NCBI GenBank assembly: GCA_002448235.1
Contig: DIXF01000001.1
Coordinates: 73,136-137,135 of the forward strand
Reading direction: 5' to 3'
DNA: 64,000 bases
From: Syntrophaceae bacterium UBA6087
GTDB lineage: Bacteria; Desulfobacterota; Desulfomonilia; UBA1062
Positions 18,797 to 27,794 of the stretch are shown piece by piece. A program made the position numbers and the translations under genes. Within the stretch, counting starts at the first letter, position 1; each line of letters starts with the position of its first letter. The notes under the pieces are model-generated. The model was given only the letters and a program-made list of their open reading frames with translations. It was not told where the DNA came from and did no database searches.

Positions 18797-20641
18797 CTAT
18801 CCCCTCCGCTCGATCCCTTCCCAGTATTTGTCTTCGATCTCCTTTTTGCGCATCTTGCCGTCGATGTGGCGGGGAAGGGTCGTTACGATCTCGACGTATC
18901 TCGGGATCTTGAAACCCATGAGCCGCTCGTTGCGGCAGAATTCTATGATTTCATCCGTGGTGACGTACTGGCCGTCCTTGAGCTGGACAATGGCTGCGGG
19001 GACCTCTCCGAGCACGTGATCGGGATATCTGATCACCGCTACGTCCAGAACCTTTGCGTGGCGCTTGATGGCTGTTTCGATCTCGTTGGGGAAGATGTTC
19101 ACCCCTCCGGTGATGATCATTTCCTTGTCGCGGCCGGTGAGATAGAGAAACCCGTCATCGTCCATGCGGCCCTTGAGGCCGTCATCGAACCAGGGGGTCC
19201 CGTCGATGATCCTGAATGCCTTGCCTGCCTGCTCTGTTGACCCTACATACTTCAGGTTCAGGGTGGTGAGGCTCCTCGTCATGATGCTGCCTTCCTCGCC
19301 GGGCTTGCACCAGGAGTTCGCCTCTTTGTCGAAGACGCCTGTCTCGGCGCACCTGACCTTTCCTACGCTTTCATAACGCCCGGGCTTTTCTTCGTAGTCG
19401 GCAGGGAGAAGAACGGATGCGGCCCCTGTCTCGGACGAGCCGTAAAACTCGGTGAAGACGTTTCTCCTGCTCCCGCGGGAGCGGAAATAGGCATTGGTCG
19501 CTATTTTCAGCTCAGGGGTGGCGGGCGCTGCGGCACAGATCAGGGTGTGCATGGAGCTCAAGTCGTATGAGTTCTTTGTCTCTTCGGGAAGGCTCAGGAT
19601 CTTTTCGAGCATGGTGGGCACAACGAAGACCCAGTTGATCCGCTCGGCCTCGATGAGCCTTAAGAACTCCTTTTCGTCAAAGATCTTCATCACCACGCCT
19701 GTCCCTCCGAGCAGGATGAAAGGCACCCAGGCCGCGATGGTTCCGGCATGGTAGAGGGGCCCGGGGATAAGGCAGCGCATGTTTCTGGTTTTTTCGTCAC
19801 AGATCTCGGTGCCCCCGAAATAGAACATGAAGCTGAACTGGAGGATAAGAAACCTGAGATACTCGCCCAAGGGTACTTCGGGCGGGGTGGCGAGATCGCT
19901 GAAGGCATAGCCGATGCTGTCGAAGTAGTTCACGTTCTTGGGCATCCCGGTCGTGCCTCCGGTGTAGGGGTTCAAGGCTACGATGAAGTGCGTATCGGGC
20001 ATAGAGCCGGATGCATCGGAAATCAGGTCTTCGTACGAGAGCATGCCGTCGGAAGCTTTGCCGCCGGCGACTATGCAGTGCTGCACCGAAGGGATGAGGT
20101 CCTTTATCGCAAGTATTTTCGGGATGAACTCACTGCTTAAGATAAGGGCCTTGGGCTTTGTGGTGTTGATGGCGTGAACAAGCTCATCGCGGGTCATATG
20201 CCAGTTGAGGAAGGGCATGGGGCACCCGATGAGAGAGCAGGCAAAGAACGCCTCGAAGAATTCATTGCCGTTGTACAGGAGTTCTGCACAGCTGTCTTTC
20301 GGTTTGAGCCCGAGGGATTGGAGGGCGTTTCCAAGCTTGAATACGCGTGTCTTCAGCCCGGAATAGCTCAGGCGACTGGTCCCCGATATGATGGCCTCGC
20401 GTTCGCCGAATACCTCCCAGAGGGAGACGAGAAAATTCGGGGTGATCTTTTCCAGCCTGAAGTTGAGCAGTGCGTTGATAGTTTTTAAGTGGCCCGTGCG
20501 CTGTCCGGTTTTGAGGAATATACGGAGCGTGTTCAATCCTCCCCATTGTTTAAGGAACGTACGCAACAGCCCTCCTGTCTGCTCCATAGAGGCAAGAGAG
20601 GGCAGAGCCCTGATAAGATGACCGAAGCCCTTTCCGTGCAT
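18797..20641 (-). CDS. AMP-dependent synthetase/ligase (acyl-CoA synthetase family)
   Basis: 614 aa with the AMP-binding motif YTGGTTGMPKNV and a C-terminal lid region (GRMDDDGFLYLTGRDKEMIITGGVNIFPNEIE). Confidence 0.85.
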   Translation of the reverse strand: MHGKGFGHLIRALPSLASMEQTGGLLRTFLKQWGGLNTLRIFLKTGQRTGHLKTINALLNFRLEKITPNFLVSLWEVFGEREAIISGTSRLSYSGLKTRVFKLGNALQSLGLKPKDSCAELLYNGNEFFEAFFACSLIGCPMPFLNWHMTRDELVHAINTTKPKALILSSEFIPKILAIKDLIPSVQHCIVAGGKASDGMLSYEDLISDASGSMPDTHFIVALNPYTGGTTGMPKNVNYFDSIGYAFSDLATPPEVPLGEYLRFLILQFSFMFYFGGTEICDEKTRNMRCLIPGPLYHAGTIAAWVPFILLGGTGVVMKIFDEKEFLRLIEAERINWVFVVPTMLEKILSLPEETKNSYDLSSMHTLICAAAPATPELKIATNAYFRSRGSRRNVFTEFYGSSETGAASVLLPADYEEKPGRYESVGKVRCAETGVFDKEANSWCKPGEEGSIMTRSLTTLNLKYVGSTEQAGKAFRIIDGTPWFDDGLKGRMDDDGFLYLTGRDKEMIITGGVNIFPNEIETAIKRHAKVLDVAVIRYPDHVLGEVPAAIVQLKDGQYVTTDEIIEFCRNERLMGFKIPRYVEIVTTLPRHIDGKMRKKEIEDKYWEGIERRG

Positions 20642-21034
20642 GGGAAAAACCTCCTTGGTATGGAATAATCGTTTTCAAGATCAACAGAACTTTTAGACTC
20701 GGAAGGAAAAGTCACCCTGGTCGAAACCCGGGACACGCGTTCGGCCCTGATCCGGAAGAGATCTACAAAAGGCTCCGGGTACATGAGGCAGGCTCCGGAA
20801 TCCGGCTGGTCAGGCTTTGCCATGATGAACCCCCTTCTCCAGTTTCAAGCTATCAAAATAAAAACATCCTTAATGCATTATATTGTAATACAATATGTCA
20901 GAGTTGTAAATACAACAATTGTTATTAAAATCGAACCGTCAGGGGGCGATCGGCAGAGGAAAAAAGGGGGGACATCAGAAAAAGTGTGGTCCGATGTCCC
21001 CGATAAAGAGGTATGTGCGTCTTACTGCGTTCTT

Positions 21035-22777
21035 TTACCTGGAGGCATACCGTACGGTTTCCTGCGCATACTGTTTCCGCAGTTCCTTTTTGTCGATCTT
21101 GCCCACGCTGGTCTTGGGTATGGCGTCGATGATCTCATAAATGTCCGGGGTGCCGTATTTCGGTATCTTCCCGTCCTGGGCGCATTTCTTCATGAACTCT
21201 TTTAAGGTGCCCGCGTTGACCCCGTTGCCCCTGAACTGGGGTTTGAGTACGACGAGCATCATGGGCCGCTCCCCCCACTTGCTGTCCGGGATGCCGATCG
21301 CGGCAGCCTCAGCCACTGCGTCGTGCATGCTCATCATGTTTTCGAGGTCGAGCGAGGAAATCCACTCTCCTCCGGTCTTGATGACGTCCTTGAGCCGGTC
21401 CGTGATCTGGATATACCCTTCCTCATCGATATTGGCCACGTCGCCGGTGTGCAGCCAGCCGCCTTTCCAGAGCTCTTCGGAGCGCTCGGGATCGTTGTGA
21501 TAACCTTCAGTGGTCCAGGGGGACCTGATCACGATCTCTCCGGCATTCTTTCCGTCATGGGGCAGGAAATTGCCATCGGGATCGGCGAGCTCCACCTGAA
21601 CGAGCGGGATGCTCAGGCCTGTCCTGATGACCACATCGCTCTTTCTTTCGTTATCCCAGGAAAGCATGTGGGGCTTGAGATTCGATACGCTGATGACCGG
21701 GCAGGTCTCGGACATGCCGTACCCGGCCATTACCCGGATGCCTAGGTCCAATGCCGCCTTTGCAAGGCCCTTTGGGAGCCTGGCGCCGCCGATGATGACC
21801 TTCCAGTGCGTCAGGTCTACCTTCGAGGCCACGGGGCTGCCGACGAGCATCTGGAGGATGGTCGGCACGCAGTGGGAATACGAAACCCTTTCCTTCAAGA
21901 TGAGCTTGAGCAGCATCTCTGGCTCGTACTTGCCGGGATATACCTGCTTGACCCCCATCATGGTGGCCAGGTAGGGGAAGCCCCAGGCATGGACATGGAA
22001 CATCGGTGTTATGGGCATATAGACATCGGTCGATGAAAGGCGCATGGGCGATTCGAAACACCCCAGCGTCACGCCGATGCTCATGGTGTGCAGGACGAGC
22101 TGCCGGTGCGAGAAGTAGACCCCCTTGGGCAGCCCGGTGGTGCCCGTGGTATAAAACGTCGTTGCGCGGGTGTCTTCGTCCAGCTCGGGGAAATCGAATT
22201 CCGCAGGGGCAGCGGAAAGCATCTCTTCATACTCGGCGTCGAGGGCGAGCGTTGTCTGAGGCTTCGCGTCCGTCTCGCTGATGAGGATGATCTTCTTTAC
22301 CGTCTTCAGGCTGTCCCTGATAGGCTCCAGCAGGCCCAGGAAATCTTCGTGGACAATGACGACGCTGGCCCCCGAATGGTTCATGGTGTATTCGATCTGC
22401 TCGGGTGAGAGCCGCCAGTTCACGGTGAAGAGCACTGCCCCCATCATGGGAATCCCGAAATAGCATTCGAGATACCGGTGTGAATCATAATCGAGCACGC
22501 TCACCGTATCCCCCTGCTTCACCCCGAGGGAAGAGAGGCTGCTCGCAAGCTTGCCCACGCGTTTGAACATATCCCGGTAGGTCAGGCGGACCTTGTCGCG
22601 ATACACGATCTCCTGATCGGGCGACATGAAGCGAGTGGTGTTCAGCAACTGCCCGATGGTAAGCTGATATCGGTACGCGTTATCTGTAAGATCGGCGGTC
22701 TTGTTCATGATATCCTCCTTTTTATGCAATGTACGGTCATGTATGATGATAAGATCGTACAATCGGCATAAACGCAC
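21035..22777 (-). CDS. AMP-dependent synthetase/ligase (long-chain fatty-acid--CoA ligase-like)
   Basis: 580 aa with the motifs YTTGTTGLPKGV, GYGMSETC and KTGGEWIS. Confidence 0.85.
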   Translation of the reverse strand: MRLCRLYDLIIIHDRTLHKKEDIMNKTADLTDNAYRYQLTIGQLLNTTRFMSPDQEIVYRDKVRLTYRDMFKRVGKLASSLSSLGVKQGDTVSVLDYDSHRYLECYFGIPMMGAVLFTVNWRLSPEQIEYTMNHSGASVVIVHEDFLGLLEPIRDSLKTVKKIILISETDAKPQTTLALDAEYEEMLSAAPAEFDFPELDEDTRATTFYTTGTTGLPKGVYFSHRQLVLHTMSIGVTLGCFESPMRLSSTDVYMPITPMFHVHAWGFPYLATMMGVKQVYPGKYEPEMLLKLILKERVSYSHCVPTILQMLVGSPVASKVDLTHWKVIIGGARLPKGLAKAALDLGIRVMAGYGMSETCPVISVSNLKPHMLSWDNERKSDVVIRTGLSIPLVQVELADPDGNFLPHDGKNAGEIVIRSPWTTEGYHNDPERSEELWKGGWLHTGDVANIDEEGYIQITDRLKDVIKTGGEWISSLDLENMMSMHDAVAEAAAIGIPDSKWGERPMMLVVLKPQFRGNGVNAGTLKEFMKKCAQDGKIPKYGTPDIYEIIDAIPKTSVGKIDKKELRKQYAQETVRYASR

Positions 22778-22852
22778 AATCGGGAGGCGACCGGTTCTTG
22801 TGTGCTTGGATGAATGAAATAACTGTAGGGAAATGACCTACTTAAGAAAATA

Positions 22853-23518
22853 CTACTGCCTGGCGGATGCCTCGTCCTCGGCCCACTTCATGGCGTAGCG
22901 CAGGAGCTCGGTGGCGCTCTTTATCCGGAGCTTTTCCTTGATCCGCTCACGGTGGGTGCCGATGGTCTTGACGCTCAAGCAGAGCCGGTCCGCGATATCG
23001 CTGATGCTCAAGCCCTCGCTGATGAGCCGGAAGACCTCCAGCTCACGGTCGGTCAAGGCCTGCACGGGAGAGTCGATGCTCGTCTGGGAGCCTTCCACGA
23101 AGCGCGTAAGCAAGTTGTCCGTGACGTTCTTGCTCGCGTAGATCCTTCCATCGAGTACCTGGCGGATGGCCTCGATCACGGATTCGGACGCCTCCTGCTT
23201 CATGATGTAGCCGCGGGCGCCGGCTCTCAAGGTGCGTTCGGCATACAGGGACTCCTCATGCATGGAGATGACCAGCATGGGGAGCGACTTGTGAGTCTTG
23301 CGCAGCTCTTTGATGAGGTCGATCCCGCTCATGTTCTTCAGCGTGATGTCAACGATCACCATATCGGGGGAGAGGTCTTTCACGGCCTTCCAGGCTGCGT
23401 GGTAGTTCTCGGCTTCGCCGCACACGATGAGGTCGTTTTCCTGGTTGATCAGCTGGGCGAGCCCGTGGCGGAAAATGGGGTGGTCGTCGACGATGAGGAT
23501 CGTGCGTTTCCCGGTCAC
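22853..23518 (-). CDS. NarL/LuxR-family response regulator
   Basis: Receiver domain (ILIVDDHPIFRHGL..D) plus a C-terminal LuxR HTH (LTDRELEVFRLISEGLSISDIADRL). The GTG start overlaps the kinase stop (GTGA). The 367-aa listed ORF is an N-terminal over-extension. Confidence 0.85.
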   Translation of the reverse strand: MTGKRTILIVDDHPIFRHGLAQLINQENDLIVCGEAENYHAAWKAVKDLSPDMVIVDITLKNMSGIDLIKELRKTHKSLPMLVISMHEESLYAERTLRAGARGYIMKQEASESVIEAIRQVLDGRIYASKNVTDNLLTRFVEGSQTSIDSPVQALTDRELEVFRLISEGLSISDIADRLCLSVKTIGTHRERIKEKLRIKSATELLRYAMKWAEDEASARQ

Positions 23519-24828
23519 AGCTCGATCTCCTCTCCCGGCGATAAGCTCTCGGAATTCGCATCGAAGAAGCAGCTTACGATCGTCCCGCCGTTTTCTCCGG
23601 CATGCACCCGAAGATTCGCCCCGATCATGCGGGCGCGGTAATTCATGATGCGCAGCCCCATGCCCTGCGAAACTGTCTCGGAGTCCATGCCTGTGCCGTT
23701 GTCCCGGACGTCCATGCGCACGACTCCCTCTTCTTCCACGAGCTCGATCGTCACCCTGTTTGCCTTGCCGTGCTCGATCGCGTTGCGGACCGATTCCTTG
23801 ACGATGTAGTAAAGGTGGGTCGCCCGCGTATTGTCCCGGACCGAAACCGGCTCCGGGCAGGTAAATGTGCACGAAATGCCGAAAATCTCCGAGATAGAGT
23901 CCGCGAGTTCCCCCAGGGCGTACGCGAAGCCGTTCGCCGTGAGGTGGACGGGGCACAGGCCTCTGGCAAGCCGCCTTGTCTTGCGGATAGCATCTTTTAC
24001 CAGGCTGTTGATCTCTTCCGCATAGGGGACGTCACCCGGTGACGAAACCTGGAGGTTCTTCTTCAGCACCTTTGTCATGACCTCGATGCCCACCAGGTGC
24101 TGGCCGAGGTCGTCGTGGAGTTCACTCCCTATCTTGCGGCGTTCGCGTTCGGATATCCCGAGGATCTCTTTTTCGAGCTGCTTGCGCTCCGTGATATCGA
24201 GCATGGAGGCGATAGTGCGCTTGGTGCCCGGGATGACGGCAATGGTCATGAAGATGTCTTTGCGCTCGCCCTGCTTTGTCACTATTCTGAACTCGTAGTT
24301 CCGGGGCGCCGCTCCCGGGTCTTCCCTCCGGGCGAGGTGATACTGCAAAAGCCGGCCGAGATCCTCCTCTGCAACGTAATGAGTCCAGGACTTGCCCACG
24401 ATATCTTTCTTGGAGTATCCCGTCACCATCTCGAATTCGACATTGAGCATGGATATGGTCGTATCCTCCTCGATGACGATCGTTGCGGTGCCGGTGTTTT
24501 CGAAGAATGTTCCATAAAAGGCATCCGACTGCTTCAATGCATCCTCCACCTGTTCCGGTCCTGCTTCATTTTCCATGAGCGTGTCGAGGCGGAGTTTCAG
24601 CAGCGTATTTTCTTCAATAAGCTCTGCCCTTGTTTTGCGTTTCTCTCCCATGAGCCCCTCATGCCGGTAAAGGCACCTTGAAAGGCATTCTACCTCATCA
24701 CTTTGAGCACGTCCACGAATATTCTGCCGTAACGCTGGGCAGGTAGGTCGGGAAGAGAAGGGGGAGGAGAAAAGGGAAAACACAATCAAGGGGGAGAACC
24801 GTTCCTCCCCCCTGATTGCGTCGGGCAT
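23515..24828 (-). CDS. PAS-domain sensor histidine kinase, HisKA_3 (NarX/DegS-like) family
   Basis: 437 aa with a PAS region, an H-box ELHDDLGQHL and an HATPase_c domain (DNGTGM..GMGL). No TM segments were seen. Confidence 0.85.
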   Translation of the reverse strand: MPDAIRGEERFSPLIVFSLFSSPFSSRPTCPALRQNIRGRAQSDEVECLSRCLYRHEGLMGEKRKTRAELIEENTLLKLRLDTLMENEAGPEQVEDALKQSDAFYGTFFENTGTATIVIEEDTTISMLNVEFEMVTGYSKKDIVGKSWTHYVAEEDLGRLLQYHLARREDPGAAPRNYEFRIVTKQGERKDIFMTIAVIPGTKRTIASMLDITERKQLEKEILGISERERRKIGSELHDDLGQHLVGIEVMTKVLKKNLQVSSPGDVPYAEEINSLVKDAIRKTRRLARGLCPVHLTANGFAYALGELADSISEIFGISCTFTCPEPVSVRDNTRATHLYYIVKESVRNAIEHGKANRVTIELVEEEGVVRMDVRDNGTGMDSETVSQGMGLRIMNYRARMIGANLRVHAGENGGTIVSCFFDANSESLSPGEEIEL

Positions 24829-24974
24829 GGGCGTATCCTGTCACGAAGCGACGCCTTCTTGAGGGATCTCCGTAATCGACAGGTCTTCGCTTCTGATCGT
24901 AGTGATGCTGTGTAACGCTCGTTGTATGACAATATGTCGCTGTTGATCAGGAAATCATGAAATAACGCCTGTTG

Positions 24975-26024
24975 TCAAGATGATTTCCGGGCGGGTGCAG
25001 GTTTTTCACCCTCGGGAGATGCGGTTTTGGGCTCATCGGACATGATGCGGGATATGGCTCTGCGGTTGAGAAGGACGTCTTTCCGCAGGAAGTTGATCTG
25101 GGATGCGAGAAAGCCGAAGGAAAGGATCTGCATACCGCCGAGGATGAACAGGATCATCAGCGTGAGCAGGGGCCTGTTCGGATTAAGGGCCTCCTGGAAG
25201 TACAGCATGAAGAAGAACACCCCCAGCCCCAGGCCGATAAGTGTAAGGACAACGCCTAAGAGCCCGAATAGCAGGCTCGGCCTCTCGAACACGGTGAAGA
25301 TGATGTGGGAGATCGCAGTTGCCCGGAAGGTGAATTTAGAGCTGCCCCGTTTGCGGGATGTGAGCGTGGCCGGGATTTCTTTAACCCGGTACCCCATGGC
25401 GAGAAGCTTCGAAAGGATTTCCAGGTGAATTTCCTTTCCGTCCGATTCAAGGTCGAGGCTTTCGATTACCTCGTTACGGTAGCAGCGGACAATACAGGTC
25501 AGGGTATGAATCCCCTCGGGTATCGCCAACTGGAGTATCTTGTTGCCGATCCGCGAGATGAAAAGTCTGTCCCGCGGTACTCCTTCCGTCGTTCCACCCT
25601 CCATGTACGCGCTTGCAAGGACCACGTCGACATCCCTCTCTTCGTCCAGCACCTTTGCCATTTCGAGGATGTATTTCGGGTCATAGGAAAGGTCGGCGTC
25701 AATGGTGGCGATGTATTTCCCCCGGGAGGCTTTGAGCCCGTAGCGCAGCGCCTTGCCCCTTCCGCCGTTCTTCCAGTAAGACACCACGCGGACGTGCGTG
25801 TTCTTACCGGCAATCGAATCGAGGAGGGCCAGGGTTTCGTCTGTGCTCCCGTCATTGACCGGAATGATCTCGAAGCTTTTCCCCGATGAGGCGAGCATCT
25901 GCGTGATTCTCAGGATCGTCTGTTCGGCATTGTCCTGTTCGTTGTACATGGGGACAATGACGCTGATGTCCGGTGAAGAGGCTATGCCGGATTGCTTATG
26001 TCCATTTGCCATCGGATGCATCAT
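24975..26024 (-). CDS. family-2 glycosyltransferase with C-terminal membrane helices (polyprenyl-phosphate sugar transferase-like)
   Basis: GT-A motifs ISVIVPMYNE, NDGSTDET and DAD, with two C-terminal TM helices. The start is set at ATGATG (26024). The longer listed ORF begins with TTG inside a hairpin and is judged unlikely. Confidence 0.75.
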   Translation of the reverse strand: MMHPMANGHKQSGIASSPDISVIVPMYNEQDNAEQTILRITQMLASSGKSFEIIPVNDGSTDETLALLDSIAGKNTHVRVVSYWKNGGRGKALRYGLKASRGKYIATIDADLSYDPKYILEMAKVLDEERDVDVVLASAYMEGGTTEGVPRDRLFISRIGNKILQLAIPEGIHTLTCIVRCYRNEVIESLDLESDGKEIHLEILSKLLAMGYRVKEIPATLTSRKRGSSKFTFRATAISHIIFTVFERPSLLFGLLGVVLTLIGLGLGVFFFMLYFQEALNPNRPLLTLMILFILGGMQILSFGFLASQINFLRKDVLLNRRAISRIMSDEPKTASPEGEKPAPARKSS

Positions 26025-26159
26025 AATAAATAATTCGGAGAGTGTATAGCATATCTTTACCTTCACCGGCGGATTCCGGGGAATATCCATAACCGAAGAA
26101 GGATCCGGCATTGCCGGCAGCAGGCGCACGGCTCTTCTCTCAAGGGGAAAAAGAAAAAG

Positions 26160-26190
26160 GACCTCTTGATTTTCCAAGAGATCCTTCTTC
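26160..26190. terminator. bidirectional hairpin (AGGACCTCTTG/CAAGAGATCCT) flanked by T-runs on both strands
   Basis: 11-bp stem with one wobble. TTCTTCCTTTTT follows on the plus strand and TTTTTCTTTTTCCCC follows on the minus strand. Confidence 0.5.
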
Positions 26191-26566
26191 CTTTTTAAGG
26201 GAGGAGTTTAGGGGTACTTTTTACAAATTAAAAATCCCAATAGGGAAACTCTCTGTAAGCATATAAGACAATGCAATGAAAATGCCATGATATAAGATAT
26301 TATAATCTATTGATAATAAAGATAAAAAAATGACCGAGAAAGGAGGGGTGTTTCGGGGGGGAGAAAAAGCCGATCCATTTTAGGAAATAATTTTCCCAGG
26401 TTCCGGGAGAAGTCGTTTTCCATCTCGGGGCCGAAGGGGTATATGCGTGGGACGGCGATGCTTGAGGGGTCATCTGATTTCCCCGTGGGGGCAAAAAGGG
26501 GACTCTTGCGTGCAGCGGCGAGCTTGCGGGGCATCCGCAGGGACCAGGCGCTGAACCGGGATATTT

Positions 26567-27403
26567 TTAACAGCCCTTGTCCAGTTTCCCGAGGAAGATT
26601 GCAAGGCCCTGCCTGTCGAGCCCGGAGCCGCCAAGCGTCATACCGTTATGGCCGGAGCCGTGATAATCCGTGCCTCCGGTTGCTATGAGGCCGAACTCAT
26701 GCGCAATCTCTGTATAGAGCTTTCTCTGAGCCCTGGTATGTTCCGGATAAAATATTTCTATCCCGTGAAGGCCCTGGCGGGCAAGGCCGCCGATATACTC
26801 TCTCAGTCCGTCCTTTGAGAGGTTCAGGGTAAAGGGATGGGCGAGAACCGTCACCCCGCCGAAGCGCACGATCGCCTCGATGGCTTCGGTGCTGGTCATC
26901 CTGTCTTTTTCAACGTATGCGGGCTTGCCTTTGCCGAGGAAGCGCGAAAAGGCGTCTTCAAAATCTCGGACATGCCCTTTCCGGATAAGGACCTTTGCAA
27001 TATGAGGCCGTCCGATCTGGCCTTCCTGCGCCATCTCGGAAACCTCCGAGGCCGTAATGTTGATGCCCAGGGAGTTCAGCTTGTCGATGATCTTCGGAAG
27101 CCGTACATTTCTGGCCGTCTGCAGGCGTTCGAGGAGGGGATCGAATTCCGAAGGGAATGAGGGGAAGTAGCCGAGGATATGGAAAGTTCCGGGATCGTAC
27201 GCAATGCTGAGCTCCACGCCCGGAATCACCCGTAAGCCGTTATGCTCGGAGTTCATCGCCTCTCGTGCTCCGGCGAGGGTGTCATGGTCGGTGATGGCTA
27301 TGGTTTCGAGGCCGGAAAACCGGGCGAGGGACAGAATCTGTTCCGGGCTTAAATCTCCGTCGGATGCCCGTGTATGGATGTGAAGATCTGCCTTGATGTG
27401 CAA
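26567..27403 (-). CDS. PHP-domain metal-dependent phosphoesterase (TrpH/YciV-like)
   Basis: 278 aa with an N-terminal HIHTRASDG and His/Asp metal ligands throughout. Confidence 0.8.
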   Translation of the reverse strand: MHIKADLHIHTRASDGDLSPEQILSLARFSGLETIAITDHDTLAGAREAMNSEHNGLRVIPGVELSIAYDPGTFHILGYFPSFPSEFDPLLERLQTARNVRLPKIIDKLNSLGINITASEVSEMAQEGQIGRPHIAKVLIRKGHVRDFEDAFSRFLGKGKPAYVEKDRMTSTEAIEAIVRFGGVTVLAHPFTLNLSKDGLREYIGGLARQGLHGIEIFYPEHTRAQRKLYTEIAHEFGLIATGGTDYHGSGHNGMTLGGSGLDRQGLAIFLGKLDKGC

Positions 27404-27412
27404 CGTCTTTCC

Positions 27413-27778
27413 TTATCCCGGGACAGAGGCCTCGAGGACTTGGGCTATCTTTTTCTTCAGCTCGGTCAAGTCGGAGGATTTTACCACATAGGCATCTGCG
27501 GCGATGGATTTTACATCGACCTTATAGCTTCCGTAAGCGCTGCATAAGATAACCGGCAGGTTATAATACTTGTTCCTGATCTCCTGGAGGACATCCAGGC
27601 CGTTCGAAGAAACCATTTTGATATCGAGGACAACGACGTCGGGCCGCTCTTTCTCGATGCGGTCAAGGATGTCGTTCCCGTCGGCTGCCAGGGCAACGTC
27701 ATATCCTTCTTCCTTCAGCTCTTCGGAATACAGCAGCCTGATATGCTTCTCATCATCAACGATCAATACCTTTGCCAT
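27413..27778 (-). CDS. single-domain response regulator receiver (CheY-like)
   Basis: 121 aa: VLIVDDE...DVVVLDIKM...K. Confidence 0.85.
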   Translation of the reverse strand: MAKVLIVDDEKHIRLLYSEELKEEGYDVALAADGNDILDRIEKERPDVVVLDIKMVSSNGLDVLQEIRNKYYNLPVILCSAYGSYKVDVKSIAADAYVVKSSDLTELKKKIAQVLEASVPG

Positions 27779-27794
27779 AGGCTACTCCTTTTTT

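Noticed and set aside
22853-23956. 367-aa extended form of the response regulator
   Set aside because: The N-terminal 145 aa are Arg/Gly-rich and overlap the histidine kinase gene. A GTG start with RBS at 23518 overlapping the kinase stop gives a canonical 222-aa NarL-type regulator.
26024-26177. Longer 400-aa start for the GT2 gene
   Set aside because: It would start with TTG inside a stable hairpin at 26160-26190 and adds a non-conserved N-terminus. ATGATG at 26024 gives the usual short lead-in to the ISVIVPMYNE motif. The ATG lacks a strong SD, so the boundary remains uncertain.
26300-26688. Small ORFs (64-81 aa) in the PHP-GT2 intergenic region
   Set aside because: Pro/Gly-rich or low-complexity products, mutually overlapping on both strands, with no RBS. 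The region is more likely non-coding.
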